A stretch of 64,000 nucleotides of DNA from assembly GCA_010356995.1 (NCBI GenBank), contig ML996700.1, positions 186,001 to 250,000 of the forward strand, given 5' to 3'. The DNA comes from Trichodelitschia bisporula. Taxonomy: Eukaryota. A program made the translations under genes and the position numbers. This document shows, piece by piece, positions 1 through 13,100 of the stretch. The notes under the pieces are model-generated. The model had not been told where the DNA came from, did not search any database, and saw nothing but the letters and a program-made list of their open reading frames with translations. Positions within the stretch are counted from its first letter, which is position 1. Each line of letters opens with the position of its first letter.

Positions 1-3000
1 GTCCTGATTCATAGGGCGACGGCAATAACGGCGGGGTTGAAGGTGCAGAGGGAGGGGTAGTTCCAGCTCAGTATCGATAAGCCGCAAGAGTGGAAGCAAT
101 CTCTCCCGACGAACCCCAGGCTCAGGCAAGAGACAAGCGGTGAGATGTGCAAAGCGACGACGCGATGCTCCCATTCGGCGATGGAGTTGAATATCGTGTC
201 TTTCGATGGAACAACCAGGCACATGGCCTCGGTACCCGTAGACAGCAGCCGCCGCACTGAGCGGAGATGAGGCTCCCCCCCAATCACGATGTCAACCGAG
301 CATTTTCGACCTCCGTCCCAAGGTCAACGGACGCTCCGCGTGGCTGAAGGATGCAAGTACCGTACTGATACCATGGGCTCTGGGGATTCCGGGTTCACGG
401 TCGCGGATCGTTCCTTTCGGCGACTCCAGAAGTCCCCGTTTAACGTTTCTGTTCACACGCGAGGGCACAAAGATTGACCGGTCACGATGAGCTCATTTGC
501 CGCGCTGGTGGTTGCACAGCGCCCGCGGGAGTGGCAGGATGCAGCAGTGATCACGCATAGCGGCGGTCGCTGACCAACGACGCATCGCGGCCGAGGCTCC
601 CAAGGCTGCGAGGAGGGGGACTCAGATCTGCATGGCGGGTGTCTGCCGTCTCTCCACAGCGGGGTGTGCCAATATTATCACCCCTTCGCTCAGACACACG
701 CGGTGCCGTGGGCAGCCGATGGCACTTCCCATGCAAAGTCGTCACCACGGTAGTCCCTTGACGGAAGCCGGCAACTAGCCTTCTCCATAATTGCGAGTCA
801 TAGTTGCTTTTCCCAACGGTCTTTGTGCCGCCAAGTGCGACCGATGTCCGATGACACAATCGCCGGAGATTCTCCCTGAGAAGGTGATCCATGGACGTTG
901 TACAGTACCAATAGATTGATAGCCGAACTGATAGCTGATACTGTGGCCTTCTTGACTCGAGGCGTAACGATTTCGATAATTTTAGTCTTCTTTAGTCTTT
1001 CGGCTACGGCGACGCGGCGTCGATGTCGTGGAAAAGTGACGGGCCTTGGTAAAATTTGAACTCCCGTTCGCGAGGTCTGATGACCTAAGCCACGCAGTGT
1101 GGAAGGGGGAGAGATAGCAAGTCAAGCTTTGGAACGAGCGCCGTGGCTTTTACGTGGCTTAGGGTCAGCGCACAAGCGGATGTGTCTGCGCTGGAATTCC
1201 ATTTGCCCAGATCAACATATGCCGGTTGAGGGGCCGTGCGTCTCCCGCCGAAAAAGGAAGCAAATCCTATCCGTCAAAGCTAGAACCTTTCCTAACTAGC
1301 GCTATATGGCGCAGTTCACAACCTCGCAAGTTCTTGCTTGCAAAAGACCCAAGTGAAAAGGCGCCGGCCGTTAATCTGACCTTCCTTGCTAACGATCCAA
1401 TAGCACGACACCCGTGCCGTTTCGCTCCCCCAAGAGAATGCGGGCCTTGTGCCCAATAAGGAACGTCTCCTGAGCAGGGCGAACGCCGTAAGCCTTATCA
1501 TTTCCAGAAAAACCCCAGGCTGCCAAAGAGACCCAGAAGAATCATGAAGTCCCAGCTGGAAAAGAGCGGAGAGGGATTGAGCCGCGTGAGGGTCTTAGTT
1601 TCAACTCCGGCCTATCGGAGCTTACAGCCTAGGATGCGAAGCCATGCAACAGCGGGCCCCGTAAGTTGAGAAGGCGAAGTGAGAGTTCGTTTGAGCAGAC
1701 GCTCAAAAAGCCAAAGGGACACTACGGGCGGCCGGCGGCAATCAAGATTAAACCTGCGCTTGCGGCTTGAAGAAGTGGAGGTTTGTTGGACCGCGTGCAG
1801 CCGGCCTGTGCCGCTTGGGACGGATACCGTAGTATGTGGGTGATGCCTGTGGTGGAGTCGCGCGAGCCACATCCCTGGACAGCACGGTAAACTGGAGACA
1901 TTGCACGAGATCTGCACATCAACATCTCACGTTCCCGCTCTGATATTTTCGTCATGGCTCCGAGCCGGGCGTTCGAGTGGCTTCGAGCCCGATCTTCTAG
2001 CGCCGTTTGAGCCGCTTGTAGCATCCGGGGTTGCGTGGCCTCTTTGTCTTAGGAGGCGTTGGAGGCCCGGCTTCACGCGCTTGGGACGGGATCCTTTCGT
2101 ATCGTCCCGTATTGCACCGTTCCCGAGCCTTACGGCCGGGGGCGGGCGCGTTGCGACCTAGGGATCGCTGGGATGACCGAGGCGGCTGCCGTGTTCGAGG
2201 CTCCAGCAAGCATAAGATGGTCTCTGGACAGGATCGACTGTAGAACGGCGGCAACGGCTTGAGGCGAAGCGTGATCGCCAAAATAAAATATCATCATTGT
2301 CTGGAGATGTTTTAGGGCGGACGCCTGGGCTTATGGAGTACGGCCCGTAGAGCTGATGATCGCACACCGGGTTTCGCAGAGCGTCTGATGACGACGATGG
2401 TGATGATGAGGCAGAGCCTTGCTGACCCGTGGGAGCCTGTCGAGCCTCTCAAGGCCCTCGTTAGCGCCGCACTCAGCCTATCCTCGCCGGTGAGCAAAGT
2501 TGATGAGCCAAGCAGCGGGATACGCAGGCGTTAGTGGCTAGCAAGGCTCTTCACGCTCAGCAAACACACGCGCGTATCGATTTACTAGGAGGGCGAGCAG
2601 GCGACGCTACACGGCGATGCGCGGAACGTCGCCAAAGGAATCCATAGAGATGAAACCATCACCAAGGGATACTGTACTGACTGACTGCCACAGCCGAGCT
2701 GATGGCGGCTGCAGCGTCCCGTGAGGGCACGATTCCTTTCGGCTTTGCGTCTGCAACTTAGGTAAGTTGTGTTGCCGGCTTAAACCTGCTGAGCGCGTGA
2801 TGAACTATGGGCGGATATTTCGACATCTTCTGTCTGCTCAGAGTTCTCGCGACGGTTGTCTCAAGTTCATGTGGGCCTGGCTGAGTGGAATCTGCAACCG
2901 CCAGAAGGGTTGCAGACGAGCTACTAAGCAGCCTAGCGCGGTTTGGAGTGAGCAGACAAAATAGCGACGGAGCAAAAGTTAATAATGCAATCATGCGGCG

Positions 3001-3680
3001 TGCAATAGCACCCTTACAGTATGTACCGTACTATCGAGGTGGGCTTGCATAACGAGGGAGAGAAGAAGGAAATAGACGCACAACTAAACGACTCAAGGGT
3101 TTTGGCCCAGACGCGAGGGCATCAGGCGTGTCGCCATCGCGTCGCCATCGCCATCAATTCATGGGGGCGTACCACGATCTGCGCCAGCCGTGACCCTAAG
3201 TGCTGTGACATCTCATGAAGCAACTTCGACGCTTTTTGGCCTCATCTGCTTATTCCTGCGTTCATGTGAATTGGAGGAGTGCATACGCGGAGGCATAGAG
3301 ATGCAGGCACGTTTGAGCGGCAAGTCGAATCGGACCCATGCTGCTGGTCAATCCTTCCATTCACAGTTTGTGATTTTCCTTTTTGACTTTGCCGTCTCTT
3401 CTCCCGATCATGCCGTTCGCGTGAAGTTGTCCAAGGAAGCCAAAGCATCTCCGTTTTCGCCTTAAGGACTCCAGTTTTCTTTTCGCCCATTCCACAGATG
3501 CCCACCGGCCACACACGAGACGCGCCAGACCGGGCTGGGATAGGACGCAGGCCAACAAAGCAAGACGTAGCGCATGCAGCTGCAGAGTCTGCCGCTGGCC
3601 ACTGCAACTCTCCTCTACTCTCAACCAGTGACGGGGCAGCGATGGTCGTACGTACCCACAAGCAGAGCCTGTCGCACGCG

Positions 3681-3711
<31 letters not shown>

Positions 3712-3736
3712 AAGCAGCAGCAGCAACAGTAGCAGT
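3681..3736. repeat. Interrupted (GCA)n microsatellite
   Basis: GCAGCAGCAGCAGAA units. It generates the spurious poly-Ala, poly-Leu and poly-Cys ORFs in the track. Confidence 0.9.
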
Positions 3737-4352
3737 ACGGTAAAGCAGCAAGCAGGCAGTAGTAAACTAGCATAGCGAGTAGCAGCAGCCAGCTGGAGCA
3801 AGCCGGCAGCAGTGTCAGCGCCAGCCGAGAGCCGTGTGGCAGGGGAACGAGACTGAAAGGACGACGATGATTGAATGAGGAGAGATGCGATGCGATGCGG
3901 CTACGGGCCTGGATCGTTTCCATTTGCCTTCGCTCTCTTCAATGTTCCGCTCTACCTTTCCTCCCCGGCTTCGAAGCGCCTCCTCCCACCCTCCTTGCCC
4001 CCTCCACCCACCACCTTCCACCCTCCCCAATTTTCCGCTCTCCCGCCCCGCCTTGACACAGCACGCATCCGCACCAGCCAACTCGGCCGGCGCCACCGCT
4101 GACGGAACGCCGCGCGCGGCCTTGGGGGCCATGCTCATGGAAAGTGCCCTGACTCCCACGAGTGGCTGACGTCGGTCTGTCCCACTACCGTTTACGGCGG
4201 GACCATCAGTCAAGGTTTGTCGTCTAAGCCTCTATTTTTCTGTTTGAACCCTCTGTGGACACGCCTCCCCCAGGGCAAAGTGGGCGGGGAGCGTGGTGGG
4301 CCGTCTGCAACAACGGAGATTGATGGGGAGGGGCAATAATGGACGAGGGGGA

Positions 4353-4369
4353 GGGGGGGGGGGGGGGGG
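4353..4369. repeat. G17 homopolymer in a G-rich tract (potential G-quadruplex)
   Basis: GGGGGA(G)17AGGG seen directly. Confidence 0.85.
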
Positions 4370-4558
4370 AGGGATGAGAGGGAAGGGTTTAGACGAGATG
4401 GGCGCAACAGGCGACGGGCAACGGGCAACGCGGGAAAGAGAAGGCTGTGACGGATACACGATTGGGAACGGGCTGATTAAAGGAATGAGTTGTTATGGGT
4501 GGGTGGAGGGGGAAGCTGTGGAATTGAACTAGGAGAAAGAAACAGAGCGGCGGATTTT

Positions 4559-4635
4559 GCGGCAAACTGTAGCCTCATCTCAGTGCGGCTTTGCAAATCA
4601 CCAGAACACATTCAGCGGCAAACTGTAGCATCATC
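4559..4635. repeat. 21-bp direct repeat GCGGCAAACTGTAGC(C/A)TCATC at 4559-4579 and 4615-4635
   Basis: Direct comparison: one mismatch in 21. Confidence 0.9.
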
Positions 4636-5217
4636 GTTCGCCATCATCGTCATATGAAGAACATCACGAAGAGCAGAGCGGAGCGGAGCGGACAGTCACG
4701 GCAAGAGATGAGCGCAAGAAAGAGTGAAGGTGAGGAAGGTTTCTTGGTCTGAAAGCGGGTTGGTGCATTTTTGGGGCTGGGGCACGGGAAGTGAAGTGAA
4801 GTGAGCGACCCAGTTGAAATGGAAGAACGATGACAAGTGAGGGAAAATAATGCGCCCGGGGCGGTGGCAGACCGAGTCACAGCTTTTGGATCATCAATCA
4901 TGCTTGCCAAAATGCCACTCATCGCTTCTTCTCTCTATCCCCACCACTGTTTACACCGACCCACCCACCACCATCCAGCCCCATGCGCCGTCCGCCACCT
5001 TCAATGCATCAACCTCCCGTCTCGTCATAGCGTGATGCAAGCTGCGGCTGCCTCGCCCTTTCCCATCTCTCTTTGCACGAGAGAGATGCGCCCAGACAAA
5101 TCCCTCTCCGAGACCCCTGCTCTGTCAGTCGTCACTTCCCCTTCCCTTCCCTTCCCTTTCAGCCTTTAGTCTCATCCACCCCACTCTAGCCTGATCCTGC
5201 CTATTTGTGGTGAGTGA

Positions 5218-5262
5218 GCAAGGTAAGCAAGGTATGCAAGCTGTGCAAGGTGGGCAAGGTGG
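5218..5262 (+). repeat. Five degenerate 9-mers GCAAG(G/C)TNN
   Basis: GCAAGGTAA GCAAGGTAT GCAAGCTGT GCAAGGTGG GCAAGGTGG. Confidence 0.85.
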
Positions 5263-6163
5263 GCCAAAGAGTAGCGTGTGGGTGGCTCCGAATGGCAAAA
5301 AAAAGGCGAAGGGAACAAGACGCGAACGCTCGGGCCACCCGCCTGCCGTCAACGGCGCCATGACCCACTTTTCCCTCACTTGGCCACCCGCCCCTACCCT
5401 AGTCACCAACTCTGTGAAAGCAGAAAGAGCCAGCCACCCTAGTTTCACTAACCATCCACCCACCAGCCTTCCTTCCAGCCCTCCTCACTTTCCTTCCCTC
5501 AGCGCGCCTCGTCTCTCCACCCGTGCAACACACACGCCACCCACACTCACCACTACACTCACACACACACGCAACCACCCACTGCCACCCCATCTCCCCA
5601 TGGCCACATCTCTCCCTTGGTCTAGCGCCATGGGTCTCTCCAGGGCTTCCTTATCAATTCGCCTCACGGCCGCATTCGGTACCTTGAACCCTTCCTCAGC
5701 CTTTCAGGCCATATCAACCACCTCACAATCCATACCACCTCATAGTTATACACCCTCACCGGCCTCTCCTTCATCATCCCCTCCACACCCCACCACCACA
5801 CTCTCTCTCTGCCTCGCACCTACCACCAACCTCACTTCAACCACCTCCAAACCCGTTCAGCCTTGCCTCGTCTACTTTCACTGCCTCAACCCGTTCCTTC
5901 TTTTTAGCAAAAACCCCTCCCGCTCCACACCCACCTCGCCTTCCCAAAGCCTCGCACCCGAGCTCTCACATCGCTTCGCAACTTTGAATCAAACTCTTTC
6001 CCGCAAAAGCTTCTCAGAAAGAGAACTTCTTGTTCCGTTGTCAGAAGGATCCATCCACCAGGCCACATCGGACCATTGGGTTTGACTGCTTTCCACCGGA
6101 CTTGAATGCCTTAATTCTGGAAACCTTCGGACCCCTTCTCTTCTCCCCTCCATTATCCACAGG

Positions 6164-7509
6164 ATGTTGCCTACCCCGCCGGCCTCTCCAACACTCAATG
6201 GATTCGTCGCACCAGAAGACCGGTTGGGCCAAATCCTGGCTGGCAGGTTGCAGCTTACGGGCATCCTGGGCGTAGGCGCGTACGGTGTCGTGTACACGGC
6301 CGTCGATCTTCAAACCCAGACGTCCTATGCTGTTAAGGCACTGAGCAAAGTTGGACTTGAACCGCGGCAACAACGCTTCCAGCAGAGGGAAATCCAGCTC
6401 CACTACCAGGCCAGTTTCCATCCCAACGTGGTTTCCCTAGTTAAGATTATGGACTCTCCGGACTGCACATACGTTGTGATTGAGTATTGCCCGGAAGGGG
6501 ACCTGTTCTCCAACATTACGGAGCGTCGAAAATACGTTGGTGATGACCCGATGGCCAAGAACGTCTTCCTCCAGATCTTGGATGCCCTGGAATTCTGCCA
6601 CTCCAATGGGATTTACCACCGGGACCTCAAGCCTGAGAACATACTTGTTACCGACAATGGAATGACGGTCAAGCTTGCTGATTTCGGCCTGGCCACGACG
6701 GACCGCATCACCTCGGATTATGGCTGCGGATCTACTTTCTATATGTCGCCTGGTTCGTCTTTTGTAGCGTGTGATGCTGTTCCTTCTGTGCCGATTTGCT
6801 GACTCTTCCAGAATGTCAACAACCTGCGCCCAAGCCCTTTGAAAGTTACGCATCGGCCCCGAATGACATCTGGTCCCTCGGTGTTATTCTGGTCAACCTG
6901 ACATGTGGGCGCAATCCCTGGAAGCGGGCGTGCTACGAGGATTCCACTTTCCGGGCTTTCATGAAGGACCGGGATTTCTTGAAGACCATTCTGCCGTTGT
7001 CCTCGGAGCTGAATTCCATTCTTACCCGGATCTTTGAGCTGGACCCTGCGAAGCGGATTACCATTCAGGAGTTGAAGCAGGAAATTTTGAATTGTCCTCG
7101 CTTCACCTCCTATGGACCTGCCCGTCCGGATACCCCTTCCCCGGAGGAATGCGACGAAAACCCCATGTTTGAGGAGTACTTCCAGGAGCCCCAGAGTCCC
7201 GTTGGTTACCCCTCGTCTGACGAGGAGTACCAGAGTTACTATTCCCCGCGGCTTTCGCAGCCGTCAGTTTCTTCTGGGAGCTCCGACTCGGACATTGCCT
7301 CTGTTTTCTCCGCAGGTTCCAATGCATCGACATCATCCTCGGTGTCCACGGATTCCAACCAATCTTACGCCCACATTCCACCCGTCCCCAAAGGTGTCCA
7401 TGCACCTTCTTCACAATATGCATTACCTAATCCTGGCCATTGGTACTGCCAAGTGGTAAACGTTCTCCAGGCCTTCCATCCTCTGGTGATGCCGCCCCTT
7501 GTGTTTTAG
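6164..7509 (+). CDS. ran1: Ran1/Pat1-like (Sks1/Vhs1 family) Ser/Thr protein kinase; 2 exons, intron 6753-6811
   Basis: Kinase motifs LGVGAYGVVY, AVKAL, YHRDLKPEN, ADFGLA, DIWSLG and the family signature LVNLTCGRNPWK. Intron GTTCGT...GCTGAC...CCAG restores GCGSTFYMSPECQQ. Ser-rich C-terminal tail. Confidence 0.93.
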
Positions 7510-10171
7510 ACCTTTCCGGCAACGGAATCCTACGGATTTTTCATTTCGCCTGTACACAAAACCTTTCGAAAATCAAAAGTTCACGATCTCACGAGTTGAT
7601 GGTGATGGGATGGGGGAGTTTCCGCGGTGTTCGGAGGTTAGCTTTCCCGGCAACCATATTTCTTTCCACTAGAGGAGCCCAGGCGTTGACGGTTACCGGA
7701 GACCTTGCAAGGCCGACTACGCAGGATTTTCCTGGAGAGCCGCGGACCACTTTGCAGAGTAGTTTGTTGTAATGGTGCTTCCAAGCTCGGGTCAGTTTGA
7801 GCGAGCAAGCCCCAGTGGGGTAGATTCCAGTTTCTGTTCGATCTCTTGTTGCATGTCAGGTGGTGGTTTTTTTGCTCCATTATTGTTACTTGGCATTCAC
7901 TGGTAACCTCAAGGGGATGAGGGCCAAGACATGGGGGTTTTTTGATGCATTTTTTTCGGCGCTCAACGGAAGGAACATGTTCAGATCTTGGTCTGTTTGT
8001 CACGGGGTTTTTCTTTTGCTCGTCTCGCGCTCGTTCCCAAAGATACCAACAGCAAGGGCGCATTGTCCTCTGGCTCAACGTTTGATCGCGTCATTCTCAT
8101 ACGTTCCCATGTACACTAGGCATGTTGGACCAGGCTGAAGAAGTTATGGATCCGCGCCAACCCAACAACCTGTCTGCGGGACGAAACTCCCAATGATAAG
8201 GAAATATCAACGTTTGATGCTCATTGTTTCAATGGGCATCATCTCAACCAAGCCAATCTTTCCTCATAGCATGGTGCCTTATGATTGACAGCGTCCAAAG
8301 AGGGGGCATACTGTTCGTTTCTGATAGCGGCGAGCCTGGATGGGAGACTCAGGTAAACACCCTAGGGTGGAGGCGGTGACGGTATATTGGGCGGATTAAT
8401 CGATCTACTCTATTCGCAAACAAATTCCCATGTCCGGACCCGCCGGACGGTGCGGGAGTCTAGTTTCGTTCTGGCATGTCCGAGCGTTTCAGCGATGCAG
8501 AGCCGCGAGCCCTATGATCGCATCACGACGACGGCAATATAAACTTCATCTGGATCAACGTTTGACAGCGCATCGACCACGGACATGGAGTTTGGCTGGG
8601 ACGCCCGTGTTCCTTGCCGTCTCACTTGCTGGCGGCCGTCTCGGCCATATTGTTGTCGTCTCCCCACTCGTTCGTGTCGGAGGAACGCCGGACCGGCTCC
8701 TAAACATCCAAGAACACTGGTGGAGAGAATCGTGAGAGTATCACCCGGGGGCCTTCCTTGGACTCTCTCTCTTGGAGGGTTGTATTTTAGAGACTGGATT
8801 GCTGCATACCCCCACCCATTCCCCCATTCTACCCATTCATATCCCGGCTCATTGGATACTGGTCCGATTCAACGGATGCTGATCACGTTTGGTGCGGGTG
8901 CTACGGTACGGTACATTATCATACTACCGGTAGATGGACTGGGCCCTCAAAGCTTCGCTTCCCTGGAGTCTTCCTCTCGTCTTTGCTGGATGACGGAGCA
9001 CCAGGTCCCTTGCTCCGTCTTCCCATATGAGGCTTTTTTTAATCCTCGCATCTGGAGTAGCTCGCGTCTGGGCGCTGTCACCTTTCTGCAAGCCCGCTCG
9101 AGTGCAAGGCGACCAATGGAGAGGACTCGACGAGCCTTGTGATGGAAAGTGGGCTTCGGCTGTGCGCGAGTGGTTCGGGGGGATGAAGGCAGCATGAGCA
9201 CCCATATCTAACAGTGGCACAGTCGGCACGGCCTCCTCCAGCTGAATCACCCAACAGTTTGATGCCAATTGCGATGTGCAGGCATGGCACCAGGCTGAAT
9301 TACACGCGCGTATAAGTGGAGTGCTTTGCACGCCCATCCGAAGAAGCCGAGCGCAGCTAGCAGGCTGAGCGGTCTGCGCCGGAACCCATCTCGGTTATGC
9401 GAATGACCATTTTCTTTTCCTTTGGGCGCTTTTGTCTCTGGGATACTCGTATTGAAAGGCTGTGCTTCAGTCCTTGCTTTGCACACGAACGCTCTGGGGC
9501 CGCAGCGGGTAGGGTGCGACAAGAGGGGAGAGTGGCTTTTGGCTATGCGCACGATTTCGCTTTCTGCGAAACAGCTCAACGTGGTGGTGGAGTAGGATGG
9601 TGTCTGTGTTAGTGAGGCCGCACTCTGGATACGATCGGCATCCTCCAGAGGGCATGATTGGTCGGTGGGCGCCCTACTTCGACGCGTTTAAACTGGATAT
9701 CCAACAACAGCGACGCCGCTCGCCTAGCTAGCTAAAAGTACGTACCTGTTTCTAATCCACTCCTTTCATCCTCCACACCGGCACTATTAAGCCATGCTGG
9801 CGCGGAGAGCCTGAATGACAATAATATGCCATACTCGGTACGCGCATCTAAAGATGGTAGGAGACTACGGCCCCGGGCGCGCAGGCGTGCATGCCGAGTC
9901 GAGGGCGCGACCGCTCCGCTTCCCATGCTTCCATACGGCCAGTTGTTGCGAGTAGGTACGCCCGGCGGGCGTTCGTATGCTGCACGAGCGAGGGGTGGGT
10001 GGGCGGGCAGCGCCAGATGCCGGGAGCGGAGATTTTTGTTTCCTGATGGCTGACAGTGGAGACCTCATCCGCCGGGGGGCTCCGCTGCTGCTGCCGCTGC
10101 TGAGTAGTGGTACCCTACTGCATACTGATCGGAAGAGTGTTGTGGAGAGTCTTGGAAGTTGGTGTTGAATG

Positions 10172-10191
10172 GCTTGCTTGCTTGCTTGCTT
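10172..10191. repeat. (GCTT)5 microsatellite
   Basis: Seen directly. Confidence 0.85.
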
Positions 10192-13100
10192 GTGTTCGGG
10201 CTTGCGTACGGCCAAGGAGGGGAGGACGAAGGAGGAGCTGTGCATGCATGTGCGTGGTGTGTTGTGTGCGTGCCTGTGGTGTGCCTGTGGGGAGAACGAG
10301 AGGATGCCGGCGGGAAGCGGGGTCAGATGACTGGGTTGCGTGCAGATTGTGCAGCTTATGCAGCCTGTGCAGGCTTGCACTTGCAGCAACACCGCTGGCT
10401 TTAGTGGTCGCGCTGAGGCTGTGATGGCGGATCGAGAGATGCCCAAAAGGAAATATGCCCGTACGGTAGGAAAAGCTTCGCAGTCTTGACTGACACGATA
10501 GGATAACCTGCGGAGAAGAACCAAGGAGCATGAGGAATATTGGGCTCGCTTGCTTTGCCGCTCATGATGCTTCAGCGGTCCTTTATCGGATGGAGTATGG
10601 GGGATGAGGGTAACCTGCCAACCGTCCTATCAAGTTCGATGCTTCGGATACTCGTACGGATGTGTACTGTACAGTGTACGGAAGTACCATCATCGGCATC
10701 CTCAGCAACTCTATCCCGACATGGCAGTCGTGAATGGCTCGCGAGAAAGGCAGACAAAGAATATCGGAGGCCTGAAGTCGACTGCGCGCATTGATTGGCC
10801 TTTCTCCTTGACCTTGGTACTATCGTACCGATCCTATCCTTACTCTCTACCCGGCTCGAGGTGGGAATATCAGCCCAATGGAAGCGTCGCAACATACGAG
10901 TACTGGTACTATCGCTTCCAGGTATGTTTGATGACGGTGATGCTCTGACCCCGCGTGCAACGTTTTCCCTCTCGCCATCATTTTTGCCTGCAAGGCCCAT
11001 CCAGGTCCCTCGAAGGCGCCCAGAATCTTCTCGATCTCCTCCAACCTCCGACCAAGCCATACGCTCGTATGCAAGCTGGGATTTTCGCCACCCGCGCAAC
11101 ACAAGCAGCTCTTTCTGCTACTACGGACTGTGGGGGCCGCAAACGAAGCTGAGGACTCCGGCATGCTCACAACGCGCCACTCTCTCCGCAGTAGTCCCAT
11201 CCGCTAGCTTACAAGCAAAAGCTCAAGATGCACCGTAACCCAGGCATCACACTTTTCGGCTGTCCCCCGGGTCATTGCTCATCAAGTCGATCCTCAAACG
11301 AGCTGACAGGCGATCATATTGATTGCGTTGCCCCCAAAAGCACAGCCAGGTCATCCCCAGGCAGCTGGGCTTCCCCAATCCTGCCGCGCAATCTACTCCC
11401 AACACTGGCTCCCGACTGCGCCCGCTGGTGTCCGCGACAAGACGGGCACGCGGGTTTCGTGCTCCTTCCTCCATCCTCCCTCACCCCGGAAGACCAGGAA
11501 GCCCTGAGTCCCCGTTAATGAGGCGGTGGTTCGCGTCGGTGCACGGCTGGTAGATTGCGGCAGGCAACTACCTTCTTAGATCGGATCGTGCGGCGCGCAC
11601 GCCGCCGGAGGTCAAGCCCACGGCTGATGAGCCTTGCGTGTCTTACATTGAGGTGGTGTCGGAATGCTGCCCTTGCGCCCGTTGGACTTGCTGTGTCCGG
11701 GCCTCCGTGGCGGATGAGAAGCGACACCTCAGCCAAAATAATGTCGTGTGAGGGATTGACTTTGCCCTCGAGCCAACCCGCCACGGAGTGGGCTTAGCCG
11801 CATATCGTGTGGTGCCTCGTTCCTTCAGCTTGACAAGGCAAGTGAAAACCAAGCTCCGCATGCGGAGTGCGTGTTCATACGGTATGAGGCCTGGCCGGTG
11901 AAACCGCTGCCGAGCGGGATGGATCGATGGAGCCTCGCGAGGTCGAGGCCGGAGCCGCTAGGGGCGGGGACGTGACCGGTAAGCACGCAGCTCATCCAGT
12001 TGGGGTTATGAAGGATATTGTTCGGATCCCTCCTTGCATACTCGCCAAACATTGTCTCATTCGGCGAGCCTTACAAAGCAGGCTTTGGAAGTTGCCAACG
12101 TCTAGAACTAAACTCACAGCATATCAGGTGACCGTATAACACTCTATCCTTATGCGGCCGAACCTCAGCTCACGACTGCATGCAAGGAGAATATTGTTTG
12201 TTCCTGTACTATGTCAAAAGGGCGACCAGTTGTGACGCCCACGTCGCGCGAGACAAAAGAAAAGAATTACCCACGTTTCCGAGGCTGAACCTACAGCCTT
12301 CCCGGCATCAAAGTCTGCAGAGACGACGACCTTTGTCATGGCTTCCCCTGGTAAGGATCGTCCTCCGACACCGGATGTCCGAATTGTTGGTATATTCAAC
12401 CTTGCTCGTCTCCAATGTCCCCAAACACTACAACTTGATGTTGCAGAATTCTGGGGCATATTGCAGAGCAGAGCAGCGAACACAGCGCAAAAGTCCGCGC
12501 TGCGTGGCGCACTGAAGGTTTAGTCTATGCCAAACAACAGCTTGTACTATGGGACTCGTCTTGTCATCGTACTCTCCACGAACAGAGGCGTCTACGGCAG
12601 CACCGGTTGTGCATGGGAAGCAGTTGTACGAGCCAGAGTGTTGGCGAGATTAAGCATCGCGGTTTGGATCTAAAGTTCAAACTTCTTTCGTTCCTCCTTG
12701 TACCTTTGTACCACATCCGCTCACGCATCTTGGGATAACGCTCGATATCCCGTTGTTTCGGACGATGCTTCCTGGAATCCAAGGGACTTGCAAAGCTTGT
12801 CTCTTCGTCTCACCAACATCATCGAAAGCGTGCAAGTCTAAATAGCGTACTGCGCTACAGTTCACTGCGCTTCTCATGTTGTGATCTGCTAGTCTGGTCC
12901 AGTCCCCATCTCCGAGAGCTTCGGGTGAGCTATACCAAGCCATCTGGTTGATGCACAACAGCAGCCTCATGATTGCCGCGTCACAGCATACACCAGTGGC
13001 AATGTTTCCAGCAGCGTGCACCGGAGGCCATCATCTGGAGCACAAACACCAAAAGCAAGGGAGCAAGAGATCTCAGCCCGTTCCACATCTCGCATCCGTC

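Noticed and set aside
3242..3923. Poly-Ala, poly-Leu and poly-Cys ORFs
   Set aside because: They are translations of the (GCA)n microsatellite, with no codon bias or domain.
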